Assembly: GCA_036918135.1 (NCBI GenBank)
Contig: JBALDB010000053.1
Coordinates: 1-64,000 of the forward strand
Reading direction: 5' to 3'
DNA from: Nostoc sp.
GTDB lineage: Bacteria; Cyanobacteriota; Cyanobacteriia; Cyanobacteriales; Nostocaceae
DNA length: 64,000 bases
In this document: one piece after another, positions 39,477 through 49,336 of the stretch
Layout of the letters: every line of letters starts with the position of its first letter
How positions within the stretch are numbered: the stretch's first letter is position 1
Program-made: the position numbers and the translations under genes
The notes under the pieces: model-generated
What the model was told of the DNA's origin: nothing
The model's database searches: none
What the model saw: only the letters and a program-made list of their open reading frames with translations

Positions 39477-42053
39477 ATGCACTACCTGACGAAAGCTTCT
39501 GAAATCCAGACACAAATTGCAAAATTCGCCTTGGCTAAAATGCTATGGCTAGATACAGAAGTAGCTAATTGGAATACTTCATATCCCAAATTATCATTAA
39601 TTCAGATATTAGCAGAACCTACAGACTCTACAGGAAAGTTTGCTTATATTCTAGATGTGTTGGATAAACCTGATTTGATTGCACTCTTTATTCACCAAAT
39701 CATGGTTAATTCTCAAATCGAGAAGGTATTTCACAATGCAAGTTTTGATTTAAAGTATTTGGGTGACAAATCTGCACAAAATATTACCTGTACTCTGAAG
39801 CTAGCAAGAAAAATTACCCTCAAAACGTTACAAACATCGAATTTAAAACTAAAAACTTTAGCAGCGGAACTTTGTCAATTTTCTCATGTAGATACAGAAG
39901 AAGGAACAAGCGACTGGGGAAAGCGTCCTCTGAGTGACAAGCAGCTACACTATGCAGCAATGGATACAGTATATTTGGCTGCGGTTCATTATCGGTTATT
40001 ACAAATTTTTAACCCTAATTTTGTAACTAATATTCAAAATATTATGCCTCATGATTCAAAAAATACATCTTTAACAGCTACTAAAGTCAGAGTCGCTTTT
40101 GAGTGCCCTCGGTTATTTTATCTACATCAAAAATTTGGTGGAAATACTTTATTCATACCACCAGATAATCAAATTGGTATTGGGAATAGTTTTCATCATT
40201 TAGCTGATAGTTTTATCAAGTTAGCTGTTAGTGAGTCAAGATTTACAGAAATATTCAAAACTAGTACATCTCAATTAAATATCGACGAAATTGCCTCTCG
40301 AATGCAACAGCTTTTTTATGAAATTAAATTTTCTATTTATTTAGAAAAAGCTGTTGAACAAGATGCAAGTGCAGCGCAACCACTGTACAAAGTTTGGCAA
40401 GGATTACAAGGATTAATCAGACGCTTTGCAGAATTACTTATTGTCAATCGACGTTATTGTAGTGCGGAAGCAGTTATTCGCAACACTTTTGTTTCTCAAG
40501 AACCTAAGCTTGAGCATTATTTTCAGCTACCTGATGGTACACAACAAAGGGTAGGAGGTGAATTTGATTGTTTGGTCTATAATTTTGAGGTTAAGCGTTT
40601 ATGTGTACTTGAATTTAAAACTTATCGCCCTGTAGATCCATCAGCACAATTGGCTCAAGTTGCTCTTTATAGTTATATGCTTTGGCATCAGAAAAAGGTA
40701 GCAGTGGATTCGGCGGTTTATTGTGTTTTACCAGAGTTTAAAGAGTATCAATATTCTTGGGAACAGCTAGAAAATACTGTGCATCAGTTAATTCCCTATA
40801 AATTACACCAGATGCAACAATGGCTGACTTGGGAACCACCTCATCTTAATTCGCCACTGCCGACAACTCAGCCTTATCTGTGTGAAATTTGTCCGCAACA
40901 GCAAAAGTGTCAGACTTTTTTTCCTTCGACTGTTGTGATTTCAGCATCTAATTTACCATCGCAAGATGAGAATAATGGCGGGCAAGATGCCCACCCCACA
41001 AGAATAAATTCTGTTGATGCTGATGCTATTGGTGAAGAGTTGGTTACGACTTTGCAATCATTTAGTATTAGTGTAGACTATCATGGTGCTGCTGTTGGCC
41101 CAGCTTTTATTCGGGTGAAACTTAAGCCTCATTTAGGTGTGAAAATTAATGCGCTTTTGAAATTGTCAGCAGATTTACAAGTGCAGATGGGGTTAGCAAA
41201 CCCACCGTTAATTGCGCCGCAAGCTGGTTATGTTAGTGTTGATTTGCCGCGTCCAGATCGGCAAATTGCGAGTTTTGAAAAGTATATTCAGCCGCAATTT
41301 TTACCTCCAACAATGCCTATGAAAATTGCAATTGGAGTGAATATCGAAGGAGAATTAGTAGAAGCTGATTTATCCGATCCGAATACCTGTCATTTTTTAG
41401 TTGGTGGTACAACTGGTAGCGGTAAGAGTGAATTTTTACGATCGCTCCTCCTGAGCTTACTATATCGCCATTCTCCGCAACATCTGAAAATTGCCTTAGT
41501 TGACCCCAAGCGAGTCACATTTCCAGAGTTGGAAAAAATGCCCTGGTTATATTCACCAGTTGTTAAAGATAGCGATTGCGCGATCGAACTTATGGAAGAA
41601 TTGGTCGCACAGATGGAATCGCGTTACCACCAGTTTGAAAAAGCCGGGTGTGCCGATTTAAGTACTTACAATCAACGCTCCACTCAGCTTTTACCTCGCA
41701 TTGTCTGCATTTTTGATGAATATGCTGACTTTATGGCAGAAAAAGAAATCCGCACATCACTAGAACAAAGTATTAAACGACTCGGAGCAATGGCACGAGC
41801 CGCTGGAATTCATCTAATTATCGCCACTCAACGTCCAGAGGCTAAAGTTGTTACACCGATAATCCGCTCAAATCTACCAGGACGAATTGCTCTACGTACC
41901 GCCAGTGAAGCAGACTCAGCTATTGTCTTGGGGGGAAAACATACAGCAGCAGCTTATCTACTAGGCAAAGGCGATTTACTATACCAAATAGGCGCTCAAA
42001 TGCACCGCTTACAAAGCTTATTTGTCAAAAATATTCAACTGCCATCAACATAG
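39477..42053 (+). CDS. Fusion of DEDDy 3'-5' exonuclease, PD-(D/E)xK RecB/Cas4-like nuclease and soluble FtsK/SpoIIIE ATPase
   Basis: LWLDTE, VFHNASFDL, YAAMD; FECPR..GNSFH..GEFD..LEFKT..QVALY..CEICPQQQKC; HFLVGGTTGSGKS, IFDEYAD, HLIIATQRP, LLGKGD. Confidence 0.9.
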   Translation: MHYLTKASEIQTQIAKFALAKMLWLDTEVANWNTSYPKLSLIQILAEPTDSTGKFAYILDVLDKPDLIALFIHQIMVNSQIEKVFHNASFDLKYLGDKSAQNITCTLKLARKITLKTLQTSNLKLKTLAAELCQFSHVDTEEGTSDWGKRPLSDKQLHYAAMDTVYLAAVHYRLLQIFNPNFVTNIQNIMPHDSKNTSLTATKVRVAFECPRLFYLHQKFGGNTLFIPPDNQIGIGNSFHHLADSFIKLAVSESRFTEIFKTSTSQLNIDEIASRMQQLFYEIKFSIYLEKAVEQDASAAQPLYKVWQGLQGLIRRFAELLIVNRRYCSAEAVIRNTFVSQEPKLEHYFQLPDGTQQRVGGEFDCLVYNFEVKRLCVLEFKTYRPVDPSAQLAQVALYSYMLWHQKKVAVDSAVYCVLPEFKEYQYSWEQLENTVHQLIPYKLHQMQQWLTWEPPHLNSPLPTTQPYLCEICPQQQKCQTFFPSTVVISASNLPSQDENNGGQDAHPTRINSVDADAIGEELVTTLQSFSISVDYHGAAVGPAFIRVKLKPHLGVKINALLKLSADLQVQMGLANPPLIAPQAGYVSVDLPRPDRQIASFEKYIQPQFLPPTMPMKIAIGVNIEGELVEADLSDPNTCHFLVGGTTGSGKSEFLRSLLLSLLYRHSPQHLKIALVDPKRVTFPELEKMPWLYSPVVKDSDCAIELMEELVAQMESRYHQFEKAGCADLSTYNQRSTQLLPRIVCIFDEYADFMAEKEIRTSLEQSIKRLGAMARAAGIHLIIATQRPEAKVVTPIIRSNLPGRIALRTASEADSAIVLGGKHTAAAYLLGKGDLLYQIGAQMHRLQSLFVKNIQLPST

Positions 42054-42234
42054 AGGATATTGCAAAAGTCATATTGAATACTCGAATCCTCATTTTAGGG
42101 AGAATACACAAGAAGTTGCAGCAACTCTTCCCCTCACTCCTTATATTAGAACTTTGTAAAAAACTAGTACCAAATCAGGCTAAAATTCAGTACAAGCTAT
42201 GCACTGAGTTATTGCAATATTTTCTGTCAAGATT

Positions 42235-42530
42235 GTCATTGGTCACTTGTACTGAGCCTTGGAAGAACGTAGCCGTACCCCTGCTCTTAAGCAAGCTAGC
42301 AAGAGCGTCCCGTAGGGAAGGGAGTCGAAGTATTGTTCATTAGTCATTTGCAAAAGACCAAGGACAGATGACAACTGAACAAAGCGCAAAGTCGAGCTAC
42401 TGCTACCTCAGCGCCCTGCGTCGGAAAGCAAGTGGCGTTGAGCAGCGGCTTCCGGCGACCAGACGGCAGTTCCTTTAAGCGGGGGAACCCCGCCAACGGA
42501 CTGCCTCAACTTTGTAAGAGAGGACAGATG
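42235..42530. repeat. Composite nested small dispersed repeats
   Basis: Modules shared with 6670-6800, 4451-4635 (inverted) and 51860-51972. Confidence 0.85.
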
Positions 42531-42544
42531 TTAACTTTAGAATT

Positions 42545-43267
42545 ATGAACTTATTTCGCGTTAAGCGTCCGCAATTAACACGCCGCAAATTTTTACAAAT
42601 ATCTGGAGTTTCTAGCATCAGTTTTTTTCTTGGTGGCTGTGGAACACCGATATTTGAAGATGTTGTAGGTAAACTTTCTGAACCACTTAATCAAAAGGTA
42701 GAAAAGTTAATCTTTCAACCGCAAAAGCTTGTACCAGAGTTTTCTTTGAGTGAGATTGAACCAGAGGCATTAATAGTTAATAGCTTTAGGTATAATCCAA
42801 TTATTGATTTAGAAAAGTATCGTTTAATTGTTGATGGTGAAGTCAACAATCCTCTCAGCCTAAGTATGGCAGAAATTCAAGCATTGCCGCTCAATTCTAT
42901 GATTATTCGTCATATTTGTGTAGAAGGTTGGGCTGCGATCGTTCAATGGGGCGGTGTACGTTTGCAAGAAATTATTGCCCTTGCTCAACCTAAGCCGAAT
43001 ATTCAGTATGCTTACTTTCAATCAGCTGATGGCTACTATGAAAGTTGGGATATAGCTTCAGCGTTACATCCCCAAACTTTGTTAGCTTATCAAAAAAACG
43101 GTGATACTTTGCCAGTAGAAAATGGTGCGCCTTTGCGTTTAGCTTCACCAATTAAACTTGGTTACAAGCAAAGTAAATGGGTGACGAAAATTACATTGAC
43201 TAGTTATTTATCGCCTTTTAAAGGCTATTGGGAGGATCTAGGTTATGAATGGTTTGCAGGAATCTAG
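42545..43267 (+). CDS. Molybdopterin-dependent oxidoreductase (sulfite oxidase/MsrP family) with Tat signal
   Basis: TRRKFL, HICVEGW, NGAPLRL..P.KLGYKQSKWV, GYWEDLGY. Confidence 0.92.
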   Translation: MNLFRVKRPQLTRRKFLQISGVSSISFFLGGCGTPIFEDVVGKLSEPLNQKVEKLIFQPQKLVPEFSLSEIEPEALIVNSFRYNPIIDLEKYRLIVDGEVNNPLSLSMAEIQALPLNSMIIRHICVEGWAAIVQWGGVRLQEIIALAQPKPNIQYAYFQSADGYYESWDIASALHPQTLLAYQKNGDTLPVENGAPLRLASPIKLGYKQSKWVTKITLTSYLSPFKGYWEDLGYEWFAGI

Positions 43268-43460
43268 ATTGTTAGCAGTAGAGACGCTATTAATCGCGTC
43301 TGTAGAGGAGTTATAAGTTAAACATTTTAGAATAAATTTACTAACTGCCAAATATATAAGCATCTATTTCCTCTTTATGTATCTGTTACCTCATGCATGA
43401 CAAATATTAATTATAAAAATTTATAATTCAGATATTTATCCTTTTTTAAACCTAAAAAAT

Positions 43461-44894
43461 ATGAACTTTTTTGATAAATTAAATAAAAATATTTTACAAA
43501 CTCAAAGCTTACTATTTGTAGGACTCGATCCTAATCCAGAGATGATGCCTACTCATTATGAATCTGAAGATATCATTGCTGGTTTATGGGAGTGGTTACA
43601 ATTTATTATTTCTCAAACCTCCGATTTTGTTTGTGCTTATAAACCAACACTTGGCTTTTACGAAGCACTAGGTATTCCAGGTTTAGAACTATTAGATAAA
43701 ACTTTAGCAGCTATTCCAGTCCACATCCCAATTATTTTGGATGCCAAGCACAGTGACTTAAATACAAGTAATATCTTTGCTCGTACTGTGTTTACAAAAT
43801 GGCAGGTGGATGCTATCACTCTTAGTCCTTATACAGGACAAGATCATGTAGTACCTTTTTTGGTATATCCTGATAAAGCTGTATTTATTTTATGCTGTAC
43901 TTCTAATCCTGGAGCAGAAAGTCTACAGAAATATCCAACAAACGAATCACCTCTTTATTTACAGGTAGTAAAAGAATCAAAAACTTGGGGAACTCCAGAG
44001 CAATTGGGTTTGGAAGTGGGAACTACAAATTCTGAGGTTTTGGCTCTAATTCGTGCAGTTGCTCCTGAAAGAATTATTATGGCACGTAGCATTTGGTCAG
44101 AGGAGCCAAACTTAAAGCAAATTTTAGAAGCAGGCTTAAATACTAACGGTGATGGTTTGCTGATTCCTGTTCCTCAAGATATGTTGGCTAACCCACAATT
44201 ATCTCAAGAAATTCAGTCTTTACACGCAGAAATTAATCAAATTAAAACTGAAATTATTCACGAAAATTCTACTTGTTCTGTGTGGTTCCCTGATGTTTGT
44301 TTGCTAAATCAGCATCCGCAACAGGATTTGATTTTACAACTTTATGACATTGATTGCATTATGTTTGGCAACTTTGTTCAAGCATCAGGAGCTGTCTTTC
44401 CTTATTACATTGACTTACGCAAAATTATTTCCAATCCCCAAGTTTTCAATCAAGTTCTTACTGCTTATGAGGAGGTTTTGAAGAATCTCTGTTTTGATAG
44501 GTTAGCAGGTATTCCCTACGGTTCTTTACCTACTGCTACTGGTTTAGCCTTGCGCCTTAATTGTCCGATGGTTTTTCCTCGAAAAGAGGTAAAAGCCCAC
44601 GGAACTCGAAAAGTAATTGAGGGTAATTTTCATCCTGGTGAAACAGTTGTCGTCATTGATGATATTCTTATCAGCGGCAAAAGTGTGATGGAAGGAGCAG
44701 AAAAGTTAGAATCAGCAGGATTAAATGTTAATGACATTGTGGTATTTATTGACCACGAACAAGGTGTGAAAGATAGATTACAGCAAAATGGTTATCGCGG
44801 TCATGCGGTTTTAACTCTTTCGGAAATTACTAATACTCTATATCAAGCAGGAAGGATAAATGATGAGCAATTTTTAGCTTTTACTGAAAATTAG
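43461..44894 (+). CDS. pyrF-pyrE: Bifunctional OMP decarboxylase / orotate phosphoribosyltransferase
   Basis: VGLDP, AYKPTLGFYE, ILDAKH.D; YIDLR, RKEVKAHG, VVIDDILISG. Confidence 0.92.
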   Translation: MNFFDKLNKNILQTQSLLFVGLDPNPEMMPTHYESEDIIAGLWEWLQFIISQTSDFVCAYKPTLGFYEALGIPGLELLDKTLAAIPVHIPIILDAKHSDLNTSNIFARTVFTKWQVDAITLSPYTGQDHVVPFLVYPDKAVFILCCTSNPGAESLQKYPTNESPLYLQVVKESKTWGTPEQLGLEVGTTNSEVLALIRAVAPERIIMARSIWSEEPNLKQILEAGLNTNGDGLLIPVPQDMLANPQLSQEIQSLHAEINQIKTEIIHENSTCSVWFPDVCLLNQHPQQDLILQLYDIDCIMFGNFVQASGAVFPYYIDLRKIISNPQVFNQVLTAYEEVLKNLCFDRLAGIPYGSLPTATGLALRLNCPMVFPRKEVKAHGTRKVIEGNFHPGETVVVIDDILISGKSVMEGAEKLESAGLNVNDIVVFIDHEQGVKDRLQQNGYRGHAVLTLSEITNTLYQAGRINDEQFLAFTEN

Positions 44895-44970
44895 GACTCG
44901 ACTAATGGCTGAGGAAAGTAAGGAGTGGGGAGTAGAGAAATATTTTGTCGTTTTACTAAATTTATTAAAT

Positions 44971-46071
44971 ATGAATTTTTCGCTCAATCAACTACTTAAA
45001 TGGTTAATTTTGACACTATTATTTCCTTTAATTTTTCTGAATGCTTGGCTAGTATTCTGGCTTTTTCAAAATTTGCAGCCTGTAGTGACAATTCTTTTAT
45101 TGGCTACTTTGCTGGCATTCCTTTTAAACTATCCTGTTTCAATTCTCCAAGGGCGAGGAGTTAAACGCAGCTATGCAGTAGCCTTAGTTTTTATCTTAGC
45201 ATCGTTAATTGTTATAGCTTTGGGTATTATTTTATTACCTATTGTATTAGAGCAATTTAATGAGATGGCTAAAGTCCTTCCCCAATGGATTGATTCTAGC
45301 GAAGAAAAACTAGAGATTTTAAATCAGTGGTTTTTTAATCATAAATTAAATGTAAATCTTAGACAATTTTTAACACAAGTTACTAACCAATTACCCCATG
45401 AATTAGAGTTTATTTCTGATAAACTTTTAAGCATTATTATTGATACAGTTGATAATATATCTGAGGCACTAATTATAGTAGTACTGGCTTTTTATCTATT
45501 GTTAGATGGGCCGAGAATTTGGTCAGGATTGTTTAATAAACTTCCTGGAACTTTTGCTAAAAAAGTCAGCGAGTCGATTCAGCAAAATTTTCAAAATTAC
45601 TTGATTGGTCAGGGAACTTTGGGTTTGCTGATGGGAGTTTCAGAAACATTACTATTTTTAGTTTTTCAAGTCCAGTTTGCTTTGTTATTTGGTTTGGGGG
45701 TTGGGCTTTTGAGCCTAATTCCCTTTGGTGATGCCATCAGTCTTGTTGTAATCACTTTAATCATCGCCTCACATAACTTTTGGCTAGCAGTGAAAGTTTT
45801 TGTGATGGCTTTTGTAATTGACCAGTTGATCGATCAGGCGATCGCACCCCGTCTTTTGGGTAAATTTACTGGCATTCGACCAATATGGGTATTAATTGCT
45901 TTGCTTGTTGGCACTAATATTGGTGGAGTATTAGGTTTGGTAATTGCTGTACCTGTAGCTGGTTTTATTAAAGATGTAGCAGAAGGTTTTTCTAAACTTA
46001 GTGATTTTGAGAATGTAGCTGAATCTGAAGCAGCATCAGAATTGTTGCCAAAAGAATCAATATCGCAATAA
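44971..46071 (+). CDS. AI-2E family transporter
   Basis: AFLLNYPV, FYLLLDG, IP.G, APRLLG, GGVLGLVIAVP. Confidence 0.9.
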   Translation: MNFSLNQLLKWLILTLLFPLIFLNAWLVFWLFQNLQPVVTILLLATLLAFLLNYPVSILQGRGVKRSYAVALVFILASLIVIALGIILLPIVLEQFNEMAKVLPQWIDSSEEKLEILNQWFFNHKLNVNLRQFLTQVTNQLPHELEFISDKLLSIIIDTVDNISEALIIVVLAFYLLLDGPRIWSGLFNKLPGTFAKKVSESIQQNFQNYLIGQGTLGLLMGVSETLLFLVFQVQFALLFGLGVGLLSLIPFGDAISLVVITLIIASHNFWLAVKVFVMAFVIDQLIDQAIAPRLLGKFTGIRPIWVLIALLVGTNIGGVLGLVIAVPVAGFIKDVAEGFSKLSDFENVAESEAASELLPKESISQ

Positions 46072-46201
46072 TTGTCATTGGTCACTTGTAGTGAGCGAAC
46101 GCGAGTGCGTCTCGTAGAGAAGCCGTTGGCGCAGCCTTTCGTAGAGAAGTATTGGTTATTGGAATTTCTACAATTTATCTAGCAACTGCTGTGAGAGACA
46201 A

Positions 46202-46327
46202 TAGACCTCTTGCATAAATCCTTAAACTATCATATTAAGCAAAGTGAAACATTTGGTGAGATTCTTCCCTATACTACGTTTCGTTCAGAATGACGTTCCT
46301 AATTTTTTGACTTTTGCAAGAGGTCTA
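46202..46327. mobile_element. MITE with 13-bp terminal inverted repeats
   Basis: TAGACCTCTTGCA (46202-46214) and TGCAAGAGGTCTA (46315-46327). Confidence 0.8.
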
Positions 46328-46356
46328 ATCTTTATCGATTTGAAAATCAAAAACGT

Positions 46357-46626
46357 TTGTTTGAGTGGCATCTTGATGCTCACAACGGTAAGTTGTTGAA
46401 GTATGGTTTTAATGCTACCGATTTTTTGGAGTATCGAGGATTGTTAGGATGGTTTGCTCCTTGGATTCACAATCTGATTGAAATGTCGTTTTTATTTTTT
46501 ATATCAACATTGGCAGTCAGTGGTGTTTATTTGTTCATTTATCCGTTTCTAGTAAAGAAAAATTCAGAGATGAATTCAACGGTAGTAGTAGCAAAAGAAG
46601 GCAATACGACTCACATGAAAACCTGA
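46357..46626 (+). pseudogene. Possible C-terminal remnant of a PepSY-associated TM protein
   Basis: FEWHLDAHNG and TLAVSGVYLF resemble PepSY-TM motifs; begins just after a MITE with only a TTG start. Confidence 0.35.
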
Positions 46627-46750
46627 AAATATTTTATCAGCGATTCGCCCTAAAAATTTGTCAGGTATTTCAGCCGTTTTTAATAGCATTACTTGACATT
46701 TTTCACTCTCTTTGTTTAAACAACCGACCAAAGATTAATGCGAAATTTGT

Positions 46751-48226
46751 CTATTTTTCTGTCTTCAGCTGCTCTCGTTGCTTGCCATATTCCCGCAGCT
46801 GTTTCAAAAGGTTTTCTTGAGATGAGTTAGGGATAGGCTGAGTAGGGATTAGTTGAGGGTTAGTGGTAGTACTCTCAAAAGCAGGAGGTGAATTAATTGC
46901 ATAAACGTCAGGATTTTTCTGAAATTCAGTGATTGGCGATCGCAACTTTAAAAGCAGTTTTTTATCAGATATCTCCTCTTGATTGAGTGCTGGAGTACGA
47001 ATTATTTTATTTGGTTTACTCACAGCAGTTTTGACGGAATCTAGAGTAGTAGCAACATGCATTTGTTGCTGCATTTGTTGTGTAGAAGATACTAAACTAC
47101 TTAGACCATTTACAAGTTGCCGCAGATTTTGCCGAAAAGTAGGATCGCCCGTCAATTCATCTAAATCAGATGTAATTTTTTGGGTATTTTCAAATGTTAC
47201 CCGTGCTGAATCTAAAGTTTGTTGCAATACTACGATATTCTTTGGATCGCTTAAAGTTTTGGAAGCATCACGTAAATTAGCTGAAGCTTGTGCCGCATTT
47301 TTGGAGAGGGCTTCTAAATTATTTAGTAATTCTCCTTTAGTGAAGCGATTGACAGCTGGCGATAAGCTACTAACTGTAACGCGTAATTGGTTGCTGGTTT
47401 CGGTAATATTGTTCAATGCACCAACCAGTGAAGAACGATTTGTTGTCAACAAGTTATCTAAATTGTTCAGCAATCGATTCGCTTGAGTTGCAGTTGTACC
47501 GAATTTATTTACTGTTTCAGTCGCAGATACATTAAGTTGATTAGTCGCTCGCTGCACTGAATTAGCCGTGGCTGAAAATGTATTTAACTGTTGTTGCAAA
47601 CTTTTACTCAAACCTTTTAAATCCTGACTTAAATCTGTAAAACTATTTGCGGCGACTGTAGTGGCTTCCAAAACTCCATTAACATTTTTAGAAAATTTTG
47701 GATCTTTGTATACATTGGTTAGTTCAGTTGAACTGCGAATTAGTTCATCAACACTAATACCAAGCTGACCTTTTAATCGAGAGCCATTACAAACTATCAG
47801 GCTTGAATCACAATTTTTGTCTAGAGGTTTAGCGATCGCCACCTGAGTGGGAAGCGTTGCTTTTGGTGTGATGTCAATAACACTTTCGCTAATTAGTCCG
47901 CTTTGATTAGCTTCTATCACTACATCACGAGGAATAATCAGGTTTTTTTGGAGAATTTCAATCTCTACATCAATGGCATTTGCTCCTGGCCTGATCTGAG
48001 AAATATTTCCTACTTTAAAGCCTCGATAGCGAACTGGCGTTCCCTTTTGCATTCCCCCAGCATTAGCAAATTCGACAATAGCTTTGTATGAACCGCGAGC
48101 AGTAGTGAATTTACTTAACCACAAAAAGATTATTCCAAATACCCCAAGTCCTGCTAGGAGTAACAATCCCACAGAACCTTCTCTAAGTGTTCGCCTAGAT
48201 GTGAAGCGGCTTGTGATTTCTCGCAT
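46751..48226 (-). CDS. mlaD: MCE/MlaD family lipid transport protein
   Basis: REGSVG TM helix, F.NAGGM..GTPVRYRGFKVG, QSGLISE..IDITP, coiled coil. Confidence 0.9.
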   Translation of the reverse strand: MREITSRFTSRRTLREGSVGLLLLAGLGVFGIIFLWLSKFTTARGSYKAIVEFANAGGMQKGTPVRYRGFKVGNISQIRPGANAIDVEIEILQKNLIIPRDVVIEANQSGLISESVIDITPKATLPTQVAIAKPLDKNCDSSLIVCNGSRLKGQLGISVDELIRSSTELTNVYKDPKFSKNVNGVLEATTVAANSFTDLSQDLKGLSKSLQQQLNTFSATANSVQRATNQLNVSATETVNKFGTTATQANRLLNNLDNLLTTNRSSLVGALNNITETSNQLRVTVSSLSPAVNRFTKGELLNNLEALSKNAAQASANLRDASKTLSDPKNIVVLQQTLDSARVTFENTQKITSDLDELTGDPTFRQNLRQLVNGLSSLVSSTQQMQQQMHVATTLDSVKTAVSKPNKIIRTPALNQEEISDKKLLLKLRSPITEFQKNPDVYAINSPPAFESTTTNPQLIPTQPIPNSSQENLLKQLREYGKQREQLKTEK

Positions 48227-48343
48227 TTTTTCCTTTCAGTCAATAATTAGTTATCAATTAAGAGTTAAGAATTATAAGTTAGGAACCTCGCCAAAGAGGT
48301 TTTTGTTGCTTTAGTTAGTAGTTATTAGTTAAGGGTAAACAGT

Positions 48344-48514
48344 TAAGTAGGTCAACGTTGAAAAATGTAATCTAGAATTTTTGTAATTACTTCTCTACGA
48401 GACGCTTTGCGTAGCTTGCTTCCACGTTCGCGTAGCGTCCCGCAGGGAAGTAGTACGCTTGACTTTGTTTTGCTCGTAATCACATTTCACATTTAATTTA
48501 GATTGAGCTACTTA
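48344..48514. mobile_element. MITE-like element with nested GC-rich small repeats
   Basis: TAAGTAGGTCAA..AAATGTAA and TCACATTT..TTGAGCTACTTA imperfect inverted ends. Confidence 0.6.
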
Positions 48515-48553
48515 TGAGTTGAATTTCACTCTTAAATTTTGACTCCTAACTTT

Positions 48554-49336
48554 CTAACCAAGAACCTGAATCGGCCCTTCGACACTTCCACTAATAAATT
48601 GTTTGATCAAAGGATTTTCTGTACTGTATATTTCATCAACTGTTCCTTGCCACTGTACTTTACCTTCATACAAAAATATAAGTTTATCAGTTGTACGGCG
48701 TATAGTACTGTCTTGATGGGTAACGACAGCATAGGTACTACAGACTTCATGTGTAGTTTGCAAACAGCGGATTAAATCTTCTATTACTGTTGAAGCAATC
48801 GGATCGAGTCCGGCTGTTGGTTCATCGTACAGTAAAACTTCTGCACCTTCTTTAGGATTATCGGGGTTAGACATAATCGCCCGAGCAAAACTAACTCGTT
48901 TTCGCATTCCCCCGGAAAGTTCTGCTGGGTAAAGGTCGCCTATTCCCGGCAAGCCTACCATTTCCAATTTTTCTTCTACTAAATCTCGAATGCGCGATCG
49001 CGGTAGTTTTGAATTTTGATAAAGTAAAAATCCTACATTCTCCTCCACTGTCAGCGAATCAAATAATCCCGCTTGTTGAAATACCATACCAATACCAAGC
49101 GACTGGCTCCCATCCTCAATCAAACCCTCTCGTCGCACTCCTTGAATATAAATTTCTCCTTCATCAGGAGCCAGTAACCCCGCTATCACCCGTAAAATCG
49201 TTGATTTACCAGTCCCCGATGGCCCAATAATTCCTAATGCTTCTTCCCGGTAAATTGTCAAATCTACATTATCTAGAACTTTGTGGCTACCAAAGGACTT
49301 AGAAATACTTTTGAGTTCAATTAATGGTTCAGTCAT
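48554..49336 (-). CDS. mlaF: MlaF/Mkl-type ABC ATPase
   Basis: GPSGTGKS, LSGGMRKRVSFARA, LLYDEPTAGLDP; adjacent to mlaD. Confidence 0.9.
   Translation of the reverse strand: MTEPLIELKSISKSFGSHKVLDNVDLTIYREEALGIIGPSGTGKSTILRVIAGLLAPDEGEIYIQGVRREGLIEDGSQSLGIGMVFQQAGLFDSLTVEENVGFLLYQNSKLPRSRIRDLVEEKLEMVGLPGIGDLYPAELSGGMRKRVSFARAIMSNPDNPKEGAEVLLYDEPTAGLDPIASTVIEDLIRCLQTTHEVCSTYAVVTHQDSTIRRTTDKLIFLYEGKVQWQGTVDEIYSTENPLIKQFISGSVEGPIQVLG

Noticed and set aside
39477..42053. Cell-division FtsK
   Set aside because: No TM region or gamma domain; nuclease domains are fused instead.
42074..42343. 89-aa ORF as a fourth gene of the candidate defence operon
   Set aside because: TTG start, and its 3' half is the dispersed repeat also found at 6.7 kb.
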